Notes under the pieces: generated by a model
Database searches by the model: none
Seen by the model: only the letters and a program-made list of their open reading frames with translations
What the model was told of the DNA's origin: nothing
Assembly: GCF_009834535.1 (NCBI RefSeq)
Contig: NC_045697.1
Location: 18,478,001-18,542,000 of the forward strand
Reading direction: 5' to 3'
Length of the DNA: 64,000 bases
From: Camelus ferus
Taxonomy: Eukaryota
Position numbers and translations under genes: made by a program
In this document: piece after piece, positions 60,189 through 64,000 of the stretch
Layout of the letters: every line of letters begins with the position of its first letter
Numbering within the stretch: position 1 is the stretch's first letter

Positions 60189-61239
60189 AAACCAGCCTTC
60201 CAGATGCCATACTCACATCAAGAACTCCCAGAGAACAGAAGGTCTTCTCCATTTGGGATCCTACTCAAGATACTATACAGAGGTTCTCAGCTACCAGCCA
60301 AGCCCAAAGGCTGTCCCGCATCAGTACCTCATGCACACAGAGCACAAGGAGGAAATGAGGACAAAAGAAAGGCCGAGGCTTTTCCTCTCTATTACCGAAG
60401 AGAAGCAGTAAAGGAATCATGTAACCCTTCATGTGATCCTTTGAAAATATAAAATATATAAAAGTGAAGTCAGAAGTCAGGATGGCCAGAGCAGGAAACT
60501 CCAGGGAAGTGCAAGGAATTAAAAAGAAGAAAAGGGGGAAAGAGAAGAGGAAGGAGGAGAAGAACTCAGAATAGGGCTGTTGGAAAATGTGCCCTGACAG
60601 TGGGGGCAGCCATATTGATGGGGATTAAGGTGCAAACGTAATTAACCTTATGTTATTTTTATACAAGAAGCCAAAGGGATCGCTAAGAAACGAGCTCATT
60701 ATTTCTGGTTCTTGGCTGATTCCAGCTCTTGGGAGACACTCCCTTCTTCAGTCAGAGAGCTGTTTTTATGACAAAGGACTCACATGCTTCTTCATTGCTA
60801 CATTTTCTTTGAATCATGGTTGGCAATTAAGTGTTCACATTTGACTATTGACCTTTGGGACTCCTCTGTGTATGCAAAGAATTCCCCCATCTGCTTTGTT
60901 CAGAATGTGGACAGAGGAAGAAATAGTAACGACGCTAGATACTGCCTCTGTCTGGCTGGTATTGGGAAAGAAACATAGCAATCAATCAGCCACGGAGACA
61001 TTCACCAGGGCTGACATGGCAAGCAGAAGTGTATCCTTGAGTCTTTGACAGAGGGAGTGGGGGTGGGGAATCCTACCTGTCAGAGGTTAAAGACAACCTG
61101 TGACTTGAACAGAGAATTGTGGAAATTGGCAAAAGAATGGAAGGTTTCAACATAAAGTGAAAAAAAGAAAGAAGAAGGAATTCAAGTCAACAAAGATTTA
61201 TGAAGCCTTAGGGGCTGGGCTGGATGACTCAGCATCATA

Positions 61240-61505
61240 ACAATAATAAGAACAGTGCAGGTTTGCTGTCCCCCTTTCAGGGGCTGGGCACTGTTTTAAG
61301 TCTGTTTTATGTATCAACTCACTCAACCTGCACTACAAACCTGTGATGTTTGTACCTGTTTGTATCTTCCTCACTCTAAGGATGCAGAAGCAAGGCAGCA
61401 AAAAGCTAAGTGCCTCCCCAGAATTATCCAGGTAATAAGTGGTAAAGCCGGGATATAAACTCAGACAATAAGTCTTCAGAGTCTGGGCTTTAAATCACTG
61501 TATTA
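61240..61505 (-). mobile_element. MIR relic
   Basis: GGGCACTGTTTTAAG...ATCAACTCACTCAACC...TAAGTGGTAAAGCCGGGATATAAACTCAG...TTAAATCACTG. Confidence 0.7.
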
Positions 61506-61539
61506 TAGTGTCTCTTAAGGCACAATTCCTTTTTCTCAA

Positions 61540-62775
61540 GAAGGTTACAAGGAGATGGACTCACAAACAGATAATACCAGTTTGTTTGAACAGAAGATAA
61601 TAGACATGAGCAGGGTGTTTGGGAAGCTCTTCATCCAATCCAGGGTCAAGGACTGCCTAGAGGAGGTGGGTTCTAACTAGGATCTTGAGGAGTGGGTAGG
61701 AAAAAGGTAGGGGAAGAAGCAGGGGGAAACCAACCAAGACAGCAGGAATAAAAAGGGTGTACATACAAGGAGCAACTGCAGTGGGGGAGTAAGAGCAGTA
61801 TAAAGCATGAGGAGGTGGGAGGGGAGAGACGATAGCTGGAAACGTAACATGTTAAAGGTATGTCATATACATCATTCGAATGATCACATGAGGGTCCAGC
61901 CAAGCATGGCTTTGTCAGCAATTTAAGGACTTTGATGGCCATTGGAGGGATTAAGCAAAGAACTACTATCATATTAGAAAGATCACTTCAGCAATAGTAG
62001 TGAAGTGTTTTTTAAGAGGGAAAGGGGCAAGTTTATCTGTCTTCTCAAGCAGTTATTTATAGGGAGGCCTTATGTCAGAAACTGGTTGGAAAGTGGAAAA
62101 GTTTTGCCTTGATGTCACAATTTTCTTTTTAAAAGTCAGTCTATTAGTCCAAACATAGTATCTACTTAGTTCTTTTCTTCCACAATTTAAACCATGACAT
62201 CATCAGCCTGAGGAGGTTTAACATATGCCTGGCCAGGTTTCTTTTATTTCCCCTTTTATTTCTTTTTCTTTCTTCCTTAATTCCTTTCTTCCTCCTCTTT
62301 CTCCTCTTCTTCTTGCTTCTGTTATCTTACTTATTTCATCAAGTGGCTAAATTGTCCCCAAACCTTACCTCATCTTCATTTCACTGCAGGAGTTAAAATG
62401 GAGACATGAGACCACGTAGGAAAATACTGCAATGAGCCAGGCAAGAGATTCTTGCCCGATTAGGGCCTGAACTGGAAGATATTAGAAACAGAGAAGAGGG
62501 AAGAATATTTGAAAAAGAGCTAAGGATTAAAATGTGTCAGCTATGTGTTCATGGGGAGCCGAGGTGGCAACAGAGGAACCAGGTTGGATTCTGGATTCTG
62601 GCCTGGATGGCTACCATTTACTGAAACATGGAGAATAAGATGAGAAATATGTCTAGGAATGATGAGTTTTGTGTAAGGCGCATGTGGAAACATCCAACAG
62701 GAGGTAGATGGGTCTGAAACCAAGGGAGTGATGACCGAGCTGGAAATGTAAATTTTGGGCTTATTTGGCTAGAGG
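61540..62775 (-). mobile_element. LINE-2 relic pieces (~61540-62010 and ~62400-62775) separated by a pyrimidine-rich tract
   Basis: GGTCAAGGACTGCCTAGAGGAGGTGG; TTAGAAAGATCACT; CCATTTACTGAAACATGGAG; GGAAACATCCAA. Confidence 0.55.
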
Positions 62776-62777
62776 CT

Positions 62778-63130
62778 GTGATCGCTGGTTTCAAAGATGA
62801 TCACCATCAGTTTTCTTCCCTCCCGGTATGCACATGCCACTCTCCCATCCACAAGAGGAGTTTGTTTCCCTCCACTTGAATCTCATCTAGATTTGTAAAT
62901 GCTTTGACCAGTAGAATGCTGTGGAAGAGGCATTCTGGGGCTTCTGAGTTCAAGCGTCCTGAGGATAGGCAAAGTTTAGTTACTTTCTCTTGGAACATAA
63001 CATGGGATGTAGCCGCCATGATAAGAGGAAGCCCAAGCTGTAAATCCACAGAATCATGATGATGAATGGTGGTGGTGGTTGTTTCAAGCCACTAGTTTTA
63101 AATGGCTTAATACATAGCAATAGAAGCAGA
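62778..63130 (+). mobile_element. MaLR 5' LTR (MLT1F/G/H-like)
   Basis: TGTGATCGCTGG...TTCCCTCCACTTGAATCT...GCTTTGACCAGTAGAATG...GTTGTTTCAAGCCACTAGTTTT...CATAGCAATAGA. Confidence 0.7.
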
Positions 63131-64000
63131 AATTGGCACCTGAAAGCGGAGCACGGCTATAACAGAAACCTAATACAGATGACATTGGCTTTGGAATCTG
63201 GCAGCAGGCAGAAGTTGGGAGGGCTTTGAAAAGATAGAAAGGCTGGAAGGGACGTGAGGAAATTTCTATTGAAGATTGAAAATAAGGGACATGAGTCACG
63301 GATTTTAGAATAATTTGTGAAATGTTGCCTACAGCAACATGAAAAAGAGAAAGAGTACATAATAAATCTATGGATCTTGCTAAGAAGACTTCCAGGTAGA
63401 GTGGCAGATTCCTTTAGCTGCCAATGATAAAATACAAGAGGAACAAGATCAGCATAAGAAGGAACTCTTACAGTTTTCAAGCAGAATATAGAGACAGTAT
63501 TTCCAACGCAAACCCTGTTTGATGGAAAATTTTTAAATAATTTCATATTTGCAGCTTCTCTGGCAAACAAGAGATTCTCAAAGTAAGAAATGGTCACAGG
63601 GAAAAAAATCAAATCCAGTGGCTTCTACTAAAACATAGCCTGCCAGTAAAGATCAGATCAAGGGTGTGGTTACAGGACCCTTTGCTGACATTTCAGAAAG
63701 ATTTAAAGTTATGCCTCATAAACTTCTCAGCTAGATAAAAGGGCTTCCTAGACCCTCTCAGTCAGACAGTAGAACATCTGAGAACCTTAACAGTTTTGCC
63801 CCACAGCACACTGACCTTGAGGGTCCTCTCTCAGAGAGGTTTGTGGATATGGTTTTTGTCCTTGACATGGATTATAATTTGATACACAGGGAGCCCACAA
63901 CTTTTTAAAAAGGAATTGTATCAGTTTAAGCTCAACAAGCAGGGATCTATTAATCAGAGAAGAAATGTTTCATTGGAGAAGGAAAATGCGCAAAGTTTGG
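63131..64000 (+). mobile_element. MaLR internal region (MLT1-int-like), running off the window
   Basis: Directly after the LTR: AATTGGCACCTGAAAGCGGAGCACGGCTATAACAGAAACCTAA...TGGCTTTGGAATCTGGCAGCAGGCAGAAGTTGG, similar to the recalled start of MLT-int; no intact ORF. Confidence 0.65.

Noticed and set aside
1..64000. CRISPR arrays, operons or other prokaryotic/viral systems
   Set aside because: The sequence is mammalian, repeat-rich and non-coding; there is no regularly spaced repeat-spacer array or gene-dense region.

Overview
Mammalian non-coding genomic DNA (intergenic or deep-intronic), most likely from a camelid. The young SINEs have a tRNA-Ala(AGC)-derived head with an (AAAT)n-CCTAATTACCTCCCC tail (vic-1-like), the young L1 3' ends are artiodactyl-type, and I saw no Alu, B1, Bov-tA or PRE-1. 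I recognise no intact protein-coding gene. The only recognisable protein homology is a disrupted LINE-1 ORF2 fragment (44.1-45.2 kb), plus decayed L1/L2 ORF2 remnants. Much of the window is interspersed repeat: L2, MIR, old L1M, MaLR/ERVL LTRs, one ERV1-type solo LTR and hAT MITEs. Family names are by-eye recall and need RepeatMasker/Dfam confirmation, and boundaries of old repeats are approximate. The most unusual structure is a CpG island near 1.3-2.4 kb bracketed by a diverged ~290-bp inverted duplication (189-bp gap-free core, about 81% identical by hand count), with CTCF-like motifs. Other notable items: a three-level nested insertion containing a twin-primed inverted L1, a 96-bp polyadenylated retrocopy of unknown origin with a perfect TSD, a doubly truncated young L1 ORF2 piece without tail or TSD, a 33-bp vestigial SINE, and a few isolated candidate exons. 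I cannot demonstrate a new biological system from sequence alone; the inverted-repeat/CpG-island unit is the best lead.
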